From assembly GCA_002269645.1 (NCBI GenBank), contig NIVC01001300.1, forward strand, positions 124,001 to 188,000: a stretch of DNA of 64,000 nt. The letters are read 5' to 3'. This DNA is from Macrostomum lignano. Its lineage: Eukaryota. Each line of letters starts with the position of its first letter. Position 1 is the first letter of the stretch. A model generated the notes under the pieces. The model was given only the letters and a program-made list of their open reading frames with translations, had not been told where the DNA came from and did no database searches. Positions 38,699-51,299 of the stretch are shown one piece after another. A program made the translations under genes and the position numbers.

Positions 38699-38815
38699 AT
38701 CACGCTTAGGGTATCGTTTTCATATACTACTTACTTCATTTTCAGATAGTAGTATAATTTGCGTTTTTTGCGTCAAAACATCTGAAAACCCTGCAGTTTC
38801 TGCGTGCTACGTAGT
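38699..38815 (-). repeat. Right terminal inverted repeat, ending CTGCGTGCTACGTAGT
   Basis: Matches the left TIR as described. Confidence 0.95.
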
Positions 38816-38886
<71 letters not shown>

Positions 38887-38903
38887 TTACTACTACTACT
38901 ACT
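38816..38903. repeat. (TAC)n microsatellite, ~29 units, right flank of the pPolB element
   Basis: Directly visible; resumes TAC phase immediately after the TIR. Confidence 0.97.
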
Positions 38904-39295
38904 AGTAGTTACCTTTGCCAAGCCTCTCTAAATTTCATCAGCACGTTGACGATGCACATGTCTCTGCATCGGCTCTGAATTCGTTGGTACGACCAAATTG
39001 GAGCTACTGGACGTTTAACAGGTGGCACCAGAGATGACTATTTGGACACACACACACACCCTGTTGCTATAATTTATCTAGTTTCACTGATCAAGCCTCG
39101 ACAGTGTGCAAGTCTCAACTACTGGACATCCTTAGCTAGTCTCTCAAGCATTCCCCGTCATCATCCCGGCGCCGGCGGCACCTTCAACAGATGACACCAG
39201 GTGACTATGGACATCCCGTTGCTACTATGTTAGATTTTTCTTATTAAGCTCCAATAATGGGCAAACTTCAACTGCTGGACTGATTCGTTTTAGAC

Positions 39296-39341
<46 letters not shown>

Positions 39342-40089
39342 TTTTAAATTGAGGTGAGTACGTAGTGATAATTGTTTGTTTGCGTGAGTCTAAAGGATTG
39401 TTCACACTGCCATCAATGAGGCCAGTTTTAGCGCGTTATAGCAACTAGGCTTGTAATAATATTTATACCCAACTTTAATGTCTTCGTTCGCAGCGGTTCT
39501 TTGTGAACAAAATTTTTTGCATTTTGGCGTTCATGATCGACTGATTTGATTTCCTATGCTGTCCCATTCGGTAGACTTGCCTCTTCTCACTATTAACGGC
39601 GTACATCAATGTGTGCGGGACATTGATGTCAATGTTCTGCAGTAATGTAACCTCGGGATAAAAAAAAGTAGGCAAGAAACTATTTTGGAAGTCCTGCATG
39701 ATTTCTGACAATACTTTTTATAAATCAGTAATTGTACAGAATTTTGCAGACCCGTGCAATTAGGAACAGAGTTTATTAGTGACGCTGTGGATAGCTATAA
39801 AGCCATAATTGGGGAATCAATAAATGTCCGCACACGTGCTCGAAGTGAGCTGCTTTCAGCTTGCTAATGAGAGTATTTGATGACTGTGCAAATCCGTGTG
39901 ATTACAGACAGCTGCAGCTAGAATTGCATGCCAGCTAGAGTATAGGGTTAAGAACCTCTATATATACAACTTGTAGACTATGATATTTTGGAAAGTCCAA
40001 AAAAGAAAATGCTATTTAATGATATAAAGTAATTGAGTTGCAAAACTTGCAGATCGAATATCTTACGTATGCTGTACAAATTAGGCACT

Positions 40090-41180
40090 TGAAGCGGCTC
40101 GCGTGCGGCGAGATGAAGACCGCTTGTCTTTTAATAAAGTGCTGCGGCTGGGCCTTTAACGGCTCGAGTTTATTTGGGCCATAGACAGTTTGAGCAGCAG
40201 TGGCTGGCTCTGTCAAAAGTACATGTGTCCGCTACACAACTCCCCCCAGAGACAGACAATGTTGCTCTTGCATTGTGCTCGTCGGGAGCTCAGCTGCTGT
40301 GGCAACGGCTGGGTCGGCTGCGATTACTTTGCCACTAACGCAATGGAAACGACTGGGTTAGAAAAGGGTCACCGGCAGTGGATGACCGGGTTGGGGCGTC
40401 TAAATAGGTAATGTGAAACTGTTAGTAGCACAGAAATCGAAAGCGTGCAGAGGCTGGCTCGATGGCGGGTGTTCAGGGACTGTCCAAAAGTGTGAGCACT
40501 TTGCTGCTGATAGATCGAGCTGCGAGCCGGTGGCGTTGTGGGCCAGTTGAGGTCATAGACACCAGCATCCTCGAGGCCGAGGGCAGCGGCAGCAGTGGAT
40601 GGTTGAGCTGATGATGATGCTGCTGGTACGTATGCCATTGTGGTGATCCGTCGGTAACGTGGTGGGGCCTGCAGCGCAGAAAAGTGCACCGATGCTTCGT
40701 CCGACGTGTCCGCCTGTGCTGCTGGGACAAGGCGTTGCCGAGGTGAGCCGCATCGACGTCGCAGCGTCGGGTGGGGCGTTGCAAGCAAACTTTGGCAGGC
40801 GAGAGCCCCTTACCCGGAGTGCACTGCTCACCTACTGCATAACCGCAGTGACCAGGAATCGGTCATGGTCACTTTGATGCGGCTCCAGTCAGAAGCGCTG
40901 AGCCGGATGCAGGGATCGAGGTGGCCGATGGCTTTGGCTGGACTCGGAAAACCTGGTGGCCGAAACTGTGACGAGGCAGCGGGCGAAAAGCTTGAAATAC
41001 TCAGCTACGGCTGAGTATAGTCGGGCTCACCACTGAAGCGGCTCGCGTGCGGCGAGATGAAGACCGCTTGTCTTTTAATAAAGTGCTGCGGCTGGGCCTT
41101 TTACGGCTCGAGTTTATTTGGGCCATAGACAGTTTGAGCAGCAGTGGCTGGCTCTGTCAAAAGTACATGTGTCCGCTACA
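40090..41180 (-). mobile_element. Non-autonomous TRIM-like LTR retrotransposon, 1,091 bp
   Basis: 147-bp LTRs at 40090-40236 and 41034-41180 differing at one position, TG…CA ends, 4-bp TSD CACT (40086-89 / 41181-84). Minus strand has PBS TGGTGAGCCCGAC after the 5' LTR and PPT GGGGGGAG before the 3' LTR. No gag/pol motifs seen. Confidence 0.92.
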
Positions 41181-44100
41181 CACTTAAAGTTAGAGAACGA
41201 AATGAAAAGCAGTGCGTCAGACAATACTAAAAGCCAGGTACTGTAATTGAAGTACCTTAAGAAGTTTTATTTGATTTTATTGCACGACTATATATACATG
41301 TATCAGTTTAAAAGAGTTTGAACAGACTCGCGTAACGTAAATGAAGTACAAGCCTTTTGTCTCTTGGTCGTATGCGTATTTTGTTTTCAATTCAGAAAAT
41401 CGTTCAAGGCGGTAAAAACCGCTATGGATTTTCACAGAAGTTTGTGTCTTTCAGTACAGTACAGTATCTCGTACAGTAAATCGACGTCGACAATGTCGTT
41501 TTTCCCGGCCTGTACTGTACATGTAATGTTATACATCCATCGACATCGAGCTAGTACGTCGGGTATGCCGGGAATAATGTTGTACATACGCATTTCTTTC
41601 TGTGAGGACGTCTCGGTACAGCAGTCATGAGGCTGCAGAGGGTAGCATGATATGGAGCTAGCTCATTTGTTGAGAATGCTGATCCTGATTTACTGCAACT
41701 ACTATAGAGATCTAGATGCGTTCAACTCGTCCAAAACATGCCACAAGTTGAAACGGTCGTACTGTACATCATGGCGCTGGCTTGACTTCAAGAAGAGTAT
41801 ATGTACATATGCATACCCCAGCTATACCGTGGTATCAGCTGTACATGTATGTACAATCTAAATGTGCATGAAAATGAAGCGAAGACTTCTCGACAGAGAG
41901 GCAACTGCTTGGAGGGACACATGCCCGGCCCCCCATCAAAGTTTTTGGCACTTGCCTTTTTGTAAACATAATTTCAAGGGGCCAGATACACGTGCGTATG
42001 TACATGTATACAGGCATTTGTGGACTTTATTTAAGGTCTGAACAAAATCTATAGGCAAGGAGTGCAGGAAACGCAGGCATCAAGTTTTTGCACATCCTAC
42101 GCTCGTATATAGTACGTGTTATACATGTAATAGTGCTATTGCTAAAGAACAGATATAACTGGGTATCGACTATTGCCAACAAAAATCTCACCTACTCATG
42201 CACCGCTGTCTAACCGGCAAAAATCCCAACCGGTGCAAAAGTTAAGGATTGCTTTGGGCAGTAACCGATTTTTTGTTTTTAGTTATATATAGTACTTCAT
42301 TACAAATGACAAGATTCGTTTTTTTACAAATTATAGTTTTTTTAGCTAAATTTTACTAAAATGAACTAAGGTTAACTACGTCGTCGGTGTGTACAAATTA
42401 ATTAGATAGACATTTTTTACTTTCAACAGTGAGCAATGTTGTTCGTTGCTCAACCGTAGCGTCGTTAAGATACTCAATGAGTTAAAATATGATGTATCTA
42501 TTTTATGTTTGTAGTCAAAATAATTTTATAAGAATTTATATCGACTTTAAAGTCATGAGTTATGCCATTTACTTTAGATTTGTTAAGCTACGTATACTTT
42601 TCTAAATTTATTTTTTAACATTTGCTTAAGCGTGCTAGCTAGACGCAGTTTTAAATCCTGCAGCTTCTCATAGTCGTTGAGATCAAAGTATCAAACTGTT
42701 CAGGTCCCCGTCTTGAGCGCAAGTTTTTTTCGTAAAGCTCAAGCAACGCTTTAATCTTAAATTAAATTTACTTCAAAACATATTTTATTCGATAAACGCT
42801 TTTCTAAATTCGTATTTGTAATAAAATTCGTATTTGTCTGAAGTGATATTATAAAATAAACTCTTCAGAATTTATTCAGAATGTATTAAGTTATACATAT
42901 AGATAGGCCTAGCTTAATTAACTTTTTTAGTCGAGTGCATGGCCATGCACGAAGCACTCTAGTTCAATGTGCTAAAATCTAGCTTATCTATGCATTATTT
43001 TAATATATATTAGGCCTACACAACTTTGTACAGGATGCAGCAGCAGCAACTTTGTCAGACACCAAATTAGATGGCAGATATGCTAGCTAGCTTGGCCTGT
43101 TTTTTAATGTATTTAATATTTAGTTGTAGGCCTTCTCTTAGTCTTAGTTATATCAATTTTAGGCCATAATTTATAAATATTAGTAAGGTTATTTTTTCTA
43201 TGCTTTTTGTAACACTTTGCTTGCAAAGTTTATTTATAATTTTTTTCTAAGTCTAAATGGAAAATAATTTAACTGTTTAAAAAATAATTACAATTGAAAC
43301 TAATACAAAAGTGATAGACAACAACATTACTTCAAGTTTGTTTGTAGAAATATCTTAATTTTAATTAAGAAATAATAAAGCAACTGGTTTAAATAATAGC
43401 TAGAATAAATAACTTGATTAAAATTAGTTTATTTAAATAAAGAAAGATACTGATAAGAAATATTTATTTTCAATATATTTTAAATTAAATATATTAGATA
43501 TAGACAAAATAACATTATAGAATGAAATTTTTTAGAATATAAAAAATAATTAAAACAATACATATCTAAGATGCTTATTTCAATTGCCAATAAATATATT
43601 TTAAAATGTAATTATTATAAAATATAATAATAATATTTTCTTAAAAACTATACCAAAAATTACCCTTTCCCTTCCTATGCTTAACACTTATCTTTATTAT
43701 GCTATAATGCTATACCTTGTTTTAGCATTCATTTGTATCTTCTTAGCAAATAACACTAGGCCTACCTTGATTCCATAGTCAGCAAGGTAGCATAGTGTGT
43801 GCCAGAAAAAAATTTTTTGGGACAATCTGTGTGCTGTCTATGTGCCATCTATATGCCATTTATGCGTTGTCTGTGTGCCATCTATATGCCATGTCTGTGC
43901 CTTTATTTTATGTATTTTATGTAAATTATGTATTTTATAACAAATTTACAAAATTCTTAGAATTTATGCAGACTCAATATGTTACACCAGTTTTATGCTA
44001 ATAAAGATTCTATTCTGATTCCTTATGCACTTTATGTGCTACAATTATGCGCCGCATGCGTCAGGGACCTCAGTGTGCGCCATGATTATGTGCCAAGTGT

Positions 44101-45539
44101 GCCAAGGACCCTTTGCATGCGTTGGAATTTTCCATGGCAAAGGCCACCTTCTTGACTATGGCTTTGATTGTTTGAGCACTCCATCTTACTATCTTGATTC
44201 TTTTCCTATAATTCCAATCTACATTTTATATGCTATACATATGTGTTTTAACTTATTATCTTTAATCTCTAATATGCATATGTATTGCATAGGTTTTTAT
44301 ATATATTGTCTACCTTAGCAAGATAGTGTGTTGCTATTATTAAAATAATTTAATATTTTTAAGCTTTGGTTGCTTTAAGCTCCTTTATGGACCATAATTG
44401 CTTTGGGCCTGCCTCACTATACTTGCTCATACTAACACATTGCTTGTCTTTGCCTTTGCCCTAGAGATGAAATTGTGTGATTATAGCTTTTTATTTAAAT
44501 AGTGTTTTGTTGTAATAACTTACAAAGCCATATTCCAAATTTAAATATAATCTTATTATAGTAAAAATCATTTCAAAATGAAACTAGATTATAAAAGTTC
44601 AGTTTAGCAGTTTAAGAATTGTTTTTTTATATTTTAAAGGATGCTCAAAAGTAAGAAAATTTTAATATAAAGTACCTCTAAATTTGTTTTTTTATTTGGC
44701 AATTCATAAAACTATAAGATAATACTGGAGTCTACTGCTGAAATTGTCACTAAATATCTAACTAAATGACTTGAATTATTGACTGTACATCTTGTGTGCT
44801 TAGTGCCTACCACCCTATTTTATGCCCATATGGCCTACTATTCCAATGCCTTAATGTTATATATTGTGAATCATTTCTATTAGCATCATTTGTGAATAAT
44901 TTATCAAAATGGAGACATCATTTATTCTACCAAATTATTGTGCCACTTAATTAAACTTAAGAATGCAACACTGTGTATGCCAGATTTTTCATTACACATT
45001 AAGATTTAGCCCCTATTCTTATTCTTAATGATTGTAAGAAGTGCAGTATAACTATTTTTATATAATATGATATTTTTTCTACAATTTATACATCATTGAT
45101 TGATGTTAAAAGTTAAATACAAATATAGATTTATTAAAAATATAAATTCTAGCTTTTTTATATATCATTTATTTTTATTTGAAACATTAATTTGAGCTTA
45201 CTATAATAGTATACATACCACATTACTGCTAATTCACTTAGCTAAATATATTTTATAGATTTGTAGTTGCTTTAAAGTTTATTGATATATTTATTTTTTG
45301 GCTAAAGAAAATACCCCTAGCTTATGACCATGATCAGTTATTCTATATTGCTATATAAAAGTAAAAAGTTTAACCTATGCCTTTAACCCATGAAGCACTA
45401 TCTTATAATAATGATAACATTGAGTATACCTGCTCCAATTGTACCAGATGTGCAACTGACAGCTTAGTTGCAGCTATTTCATGGCATGTCTAAAAGTTTC
45501 AAATGGCTGTTTAGTCTAAGGACTGGGACAGTCTGGGGG

Positions 45540-45725
45540 GGGGAGGTCGTCAGACACACCCTCAATAGTCCCAGCTACTGCTGAGTACTTATTGTACAGC
45601 TGGGCAAACTAAAGCAATGTAGAGTTAAATGTCTTACTCAAGGATACAAATTGTTCCAAGTGGGTTGAAAATAAACCCTTGACCCTCAGGTAATTAGTCT
45701 GACATTAGCTACTAGGCTAAAACCT
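45540..45725 (-). mobile_element. Heavily transition-mutated CORE-SINE copy
   Basis: Reverse complement aligns to the 19169 copy (…ttggaacaatttgtatccttgagtaagacatttaactctacattgctttagtttgcccagctgtacaat…), with CpGs converted to TpG/CpA. Confidence 0.75.
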
Positions 45726-46799
45726 TATTAGATATGAAAATCTACAAAGATTAGCTAGTTACCAAAGTTTAACTTTTTCCTATTGGGTTAAATACATACC
45801 TGTTTTGCCTTCCCTATTGCAGCTAAAAGTGTTTTTGAAAATGGCAATACTCCAGTACAATTCAACAACTGATTGAGCAAAGAAAGAAAAGGCATATCTC
45901 TGTTTAGTGCACTTTTTAATTTATTCTTGTGCACTATAAGAACAATATGGCACTATTTGACCCTTGGTTGCAATAAGGTACTGGTCTATAGTGAAATTTG
46001 TGCATATATGCTTGATTGAGTCAAGCTTACCTATTTTTGGGTGCCCTTTAGTGGGTAGGTAGGGGTGAACCCTTGCTCTGAAGCATTGGGAAATTGAGAA
46101 ACTACTTGATTTGCTCAAAAACTTAAAAGTCCAAGTCCTTAAAGGCCTTAAAATTCCATGCTAGGGTATAGAACCTTGGGCCTGAAAATTTTATCCTGGT
46201 TTCATGAGTTGACACTGGCCAAAATTCTATTTACAAAAGTCCCTTGTTAGCTGTTGAAAGGCACCACTGTTTTCTTAGTCAGTGTGTAATCCAATGCATC
46301 AATTCCGCTAGCTTCCATTCCATTTTGTCAGAGACTCAAGTAGTAAATTTGTAATAAAATATTCAGTGCATTTGGCAACTTTTAATAATGCTATAGAATA
46401 ATATTTGTAGAGAAGAGTAGATCTACGATTAAATTAACAGTCTAAAAATAGAGATCCTTGTTTCTGCTTACTGTACTCGTTTAATTTTTTTAGTCTACCT
46501 CTGGTCTCAGGCAATTTTCTAACACAATTGTTCTTAGCTAGTGTGTTTATTTTCTGTACAGTGGGTTAAAATCCAAGATGTTAAATTCGATGCATCTAAG
46601 GTATTCTTGTATACTTGCTATTCTCTTGTGAAGCTGGCTGAGTAAAGAGATTTAAGAAACGAAATAGTAAAATCGTAGAAAGAAGATGAGTTGTACCTTT
46701 GCGAAGTCTTATGGCTACGTGTGAAATAATATGACAGTCATAGTTTTAAATCCTAAACTATCTATGTATGTTAGTATGTTTAGAAACTTTCATAAAATA

Positions 46800-47520
46800 A
46801 CTCGTCTTACTGTAGGCTTTTATAGAGAGTTACTGTAGACTGTGTAATCTTACAGCTGGCTGTATAGAGAGAGTTACTGTAGACTGTATAATCTTACAGC
46901 AGGCTGTATAGAGAGAGTTACTGTAGACTGTATAGTCTTACAGCAGGCTGTATAGAGAGGTACTGTAGACTGTATAATCTTACAGCAGGCTGTATAGAGA
47001 GAGGTACTGTAGACTGTATAATCTTACAGTAGGCTGTATAGAGAGAGTTACTGTAGACTGTATAATCTTACAGTAGGCTGTATAGAGAGAGTTACTGTAG
47101 ACTGTATAATCTTACAGCAGGCTGTATAGAGAGAGTTACTGTAGACAGTATAATCTTACAGTAGGCTGTATAGAGTCTTACAGTAGGCTGTATAATCTTA
47201 CAGTAGGCTGTATAGAGTCTTACAGTAGGCTGTATACAGTCCTACAGTAGGCTGTATAAAGTTTCTGTGGACTGTATAGAGTCTTACTGTAGACTGTATA
47301 GAGGCTTATACTGTAGACTCTATAGAGTCTTTACTGTACACAGTATAGTGTCTTTACTGTAGACTGTAGAGTCTTACTGTACACTGTATAGAGTCTTTAC
47401 TGTAGGCTGTATAGAGTCTTACTGTAGGCTGTATAGTCCTACTGTAGACTGTAGAGTCTTACTGTAGACTGTATATAGAGTCTTACTGTTGACTGTACAG
47501 AATATGTCTGTAGGCTGTAT
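46800..47520. repeat. Degenerate ~44-bp minisatellite (actgtagactgtataatcttacagcaggctgtatagagagagtt) ending ~100 bp upstream of ALG2
   Basis: Directly visible; shorter derived units toward the right end. Confidence 0.9.
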
Positions 47521-47617
47521 GAGAGTCACCCTTAGCTGTAAAGGGCGCACATACCTTCAACGCTTTAGACCAGCTGTCTAAATAATCTACTTAACCTATT
47601 TCATATAATTATTCTGC

Positions 47618-49523
47618 ATGTCGGGCTCAAAGAATCCGCCAATTAGTGACGATGACGTCAGCAGCGGCGATGACGTCAGCAGTGACGAGGAGATGTCGCA
47701 TTCAAATAGCGAACCCAATCGAAGCCAATGCCGGGAGCAGCCGGCCCCGGGCCCTGTGCTCTTTCTGCACCCGGATCTGGGCATAGGCGGCGCCGAACGA
47801 GCAATGGTGGACATGGCTCTGGCATTGAAAGATCGCGGCTATCCAGTCTCCTTCATCACGGCGCATCACGATAAGTCGCACTGCTTTGAGGAGACGCGCA
47901 ACGGCCAGCTGGACGTGTTTGTCAGCGCATCCTGGCTGCCGAGGTCTCTCATGGGCAGGTGCATCGCTCTGTGTGCCTGTCTGCGTATGCTGTGGGCAGC
48001 TCTGTACGTGCTGATCGGCTGGAGGGGAGCCAATTTTCCTCGGGCGGTTATTGTGGATCAGGTTCGGAATTTTTTCACTTACAAGTGTATTTTGTCTCTT
48101 ATGGCTACTTTATTTCTGTAGATAGATAGAGATAGAGATCCCCCTGTCTGTCCTTACCCTCTCTTCCACCCCTTGACCCTCTTTTCCCTCTTCCCCCTCT
48201 TCCGTCCCGTCCCTTTCCCTCTACCCTCTCTCCCCCTCTTCCCCCTCTACCCTCTCGCCCCCTCTGCCCTCTCTTTCCCCTCTACCCTCTCTTCCCACTT
48301 TTCCCCCTCTACCCTCTCTCCCCTCTTCCCCTCTTCCCCTCTTCCCCCTCTTTCCTCTCTACTGTCTCTCTGCCCCTTCGATTTTCTCTTCCCCTCTTCC
48401 CCATTTCCACCCTCTACTATCTATCCCGCTCTTCCCCTCCCAAACTACCCTCTTTTCCGCATGTTCCCTGTCTTTTTAATACTTTTCGCATCTTCTCCCT
48501 TTGCCTCCTATAGATCCAGTCTTTTCCCTCTTTTCCTTCCCCATAGTACCCTCTCCGCGATTCACCATTGGTCCACAGGTCTCAGCCCCGGTGCCTCTGC
48601 TACGCTGGTTCTCCCGGCGAACCCTGTTCTACTGCCACTACCCGGACCTGCTGCTCTCTACTCAACGCTCCGGTCGTCTGAAACGTATGTATCGTCGCCC
48701 GCTGGACGCCCTGGAAGCCTGGACCACCGGCCGGGCTGATGAACTGATGGTGAACAGCCGGTTTACAGCCAGCGTGGTCAGATCCACCTTCCCGGCCCTG
48801 GCCAGCCGCAAACTGCACATCGTCTACCCGGTACCCAACTTCGCCTCGCTGGACATCGCCGCTGCCGATCCGTCTGGTGACGAAGAGCTTCAAGCCTGCC
48901 TGCCGGAGCCGTCCGCTCGCCGGAGCCTGTTCCTATCATTAAACCGTTACGAACGTAAAAAGAATGTCGGATTGGCTTTGAAAGCCTTTGCACGATTGTT
49001 GAACGATCAAGGACGAGGCTCTGCAGCTTCAGCTCATCTGGTCATTGCTGGTGGCTACGATTCGAGACTGTTGGAGAATGTGGAACACTTTGAAGAGTTG
49101 CGTCAGCTGGCTGAGGAGCTGCAGGTGTCGAATCGGGTCACCTTTCTGCGCAGTTGCAGCTCACCTGCTAAAGCGGCCCTACTAAAGATCGCCACTGCTC
49201 TGATCTATACTCCATCTGGTGAGCATTTTGGCATTGTGCCAGTTGAAGCTCAGTATCTCGGCTGCCCCGTGGTGGCAGTGAATAATGGCGGACCATTGGA
49301 GACTGTACTACATGGAGCTACTGGCTTCTTGTGCGAGCCTGGCGAGGCTGAGTTTTCGGCTGCAATGGGTCGGCTGGTTAATGAGGAGGGCCTGCGCACC
49401 GCTATGGGTCGAGCTGGTAGGCGTCACGTGACCGACAAGTTCTCCAATGCCGCCTTTGCCGATGCTGTGGTCAGAGTGCTGCAGAGGGACAGTGAGGCTT
49501 CTGCTGCTGCTTCTAGTGACTGA
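47618..49523 (+). CDS. ALG2: Alpha-1,3/1,6-mannosyltransferase ALG2 (GT4), 462 aa, 2 exons
   Basis: Exon 1 47618-48061 (FLHPDLGIGGAER…VDQ; donor CAG|gttcgg). Exon 2 48579-49523 (cacag|VSAPVPLL, FYCHYPDLLL, SLNRYERKKN, EHFGIVPVEA). Intron is TC-rich low complexity. Confidence 0.96.
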
Positions 49524-49679
49524 AACTTCACATCAAGTCAGGACTTTTGTGTCTGCTTGAAGATTTTTATTGCGTCAATATTTGATTTAAATTAGTCATT
49601 AGCTACTGAAATCATGGTTAAAGAAATTGCTTCTGTTCTAAACTTTTGCTGACTTTTTAAATCCGAAATTTATGACATT

Positions 49680-50200
49680 TGAGTCCTTAAAACCCACAAT
49701 CTAAACACTATTTAGGAGTCCTTGAACTCCCCAATCTAAACATTATTTAGGAGTCCTTGAACTCCCCAATCTAAACACTATTTAGGAGTCCTTGAACTCC
49801 CCAGTCTAAACATTATTTAGGAGTCCTTAAACTCTCCAATCTAAACACTATTTAAGAGTCCTTAAGCTCTTCGATCTAAAAACTTATAAGAGTCCTTAGA
49901 CTCCCAATCTAAATACTTATAAGAGTCCTTAGACTCCCAATCCAAACACTTATAAGAGTCCTTAGACTCCCAGTCTAAACACTTATAAGAGTCCTTAGAC
50001 TCCCAATCTAAACACTTATAAGAGTCCTTAGACTCCCAGTCCAAACACTTATAAGAGTCCTTAGACTCCCAATCTAAACACTTATAAGAGTCCTTAGACT
50101 CCCAGTCTAAACACTTATAAGAGTCCTTAGACTCCCAATCTAAATACTTATAAGAGCCCTTAGACTCCCAATCTAAACACTTATAAGAGTCCTTGAACTC
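49680..50200. repeat. 33-bp minisatellite (gagtccttagactcccaatctaaacacttataa)n
   Basis: Directly visible; 11-aa periodic spurious ORF. Confidence 0.95.
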
Positions 50201-51299
50201 TCTCCAATGTGTTAATTGCAACCCGATAACTAAATTTATTAGTTTTAAACTTTTGCATCACCATAACGCTTATACATGTAGACGGTAACATCATTGCTAA
50301 CCACATATTGTAACAGATATTATCCATTTAATGTATGGCATGCATAATTCAACAAAAGATGTTTACAAGAATACAATATTTACCTAGTAAAATCCCGGAT
50401 GCTACGGCTATTTATGCTTTGCGCGACACTTAATGATGGATAAACATAATTATATTTTTTTTCTGCTCTCTCACCCTGTCTCCGTTTCTCAATCTATTTT
50501 TAGAATCCTACTCTTTTCAATCTTAGTACCGTATTATTCTCCAGCTCAAAGCTTATGTTCTTCAAGTTCAGTGTAGACTCAACTGTATTAATTGTGTTTG
50601 AAGCTTTTTAATTGCCAGCGGAGAAAATCTAATATAAAATCGATACATATCGCCTCTAGAAGCAGAGATCCCAATTTTGTTTTGCTTGAAGCCAACACCA
50701 GCCTATCAAATTAGTAGCAAGCATATTTATCTTAACTGCGAGTGTTACATGCGTTTATTGCTTTTTTAAAAATAATCTGCGATCAAAATCTATTGTGACA
50801 GAAAAATTGAGTTTTTTTTTCAAATATAAATGTATTTACTGACACTAGGGCTGCAAGCCTGCTTGGTAATGGGTTGAATTCATCTGAGTCTACATGCATT
50901 TTAAAAATCTTTTTTATTAGTCTCACGAATGTTTTATTAGTAAACAATTTAGATTAGTTTGTCAAGTTTTTCTGAAAGTTTTTTCTTGAAATATATAAGA
51001 TTTGCTTTCATATACTACTTACGCTTAGTTGGTCAAGTAGTGTTATAATAATCTTAGATATAATTTTTAAATTAGCGGTTAAACTATGTAAGCATCTCAG
51101 CAATTCCCCTTTAAGCCTTTAGCATCTCAGCAATTCCCCTTCAAGCGTTTGACATCTCCAAAATTCCCCCTTAAGCGTTTTAGCATCTCATCAATTCCCC
51201 GTAAGCCAAAAATTAGATTTTAAATGTTTTAGGCCTAATTTCAGATGTACTTTATATTTGTAAGAAAGCTCCCTAAAAAGGACAAAACCGTTAATATTG

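Larger units (their letters stand above)
29327..38815 (-). mobile_element. 9,489-bp TIR-bounded Maverick/Polinton-related element encoding only a recognisable pPolB
   Basis: TIRs at 29327-29444 and 38699-38815; protein-primed PolB gene inside; (TAC)n on both sides in the same orientation and phase. Confidence 0.9.

Noticed and set aside
40369-41014. ORFs inside the TRIM-like element as gag
   Set aside because: No zinc knuckle or capsid-like motif recognised; overlapping ORFs on both strands reflect high GC content.
48173-48578. Pro/Leu/Ser-rich N-terminal extensions of ALG2 ORFs
   Set aside because: Translation of the TC-rich intron.
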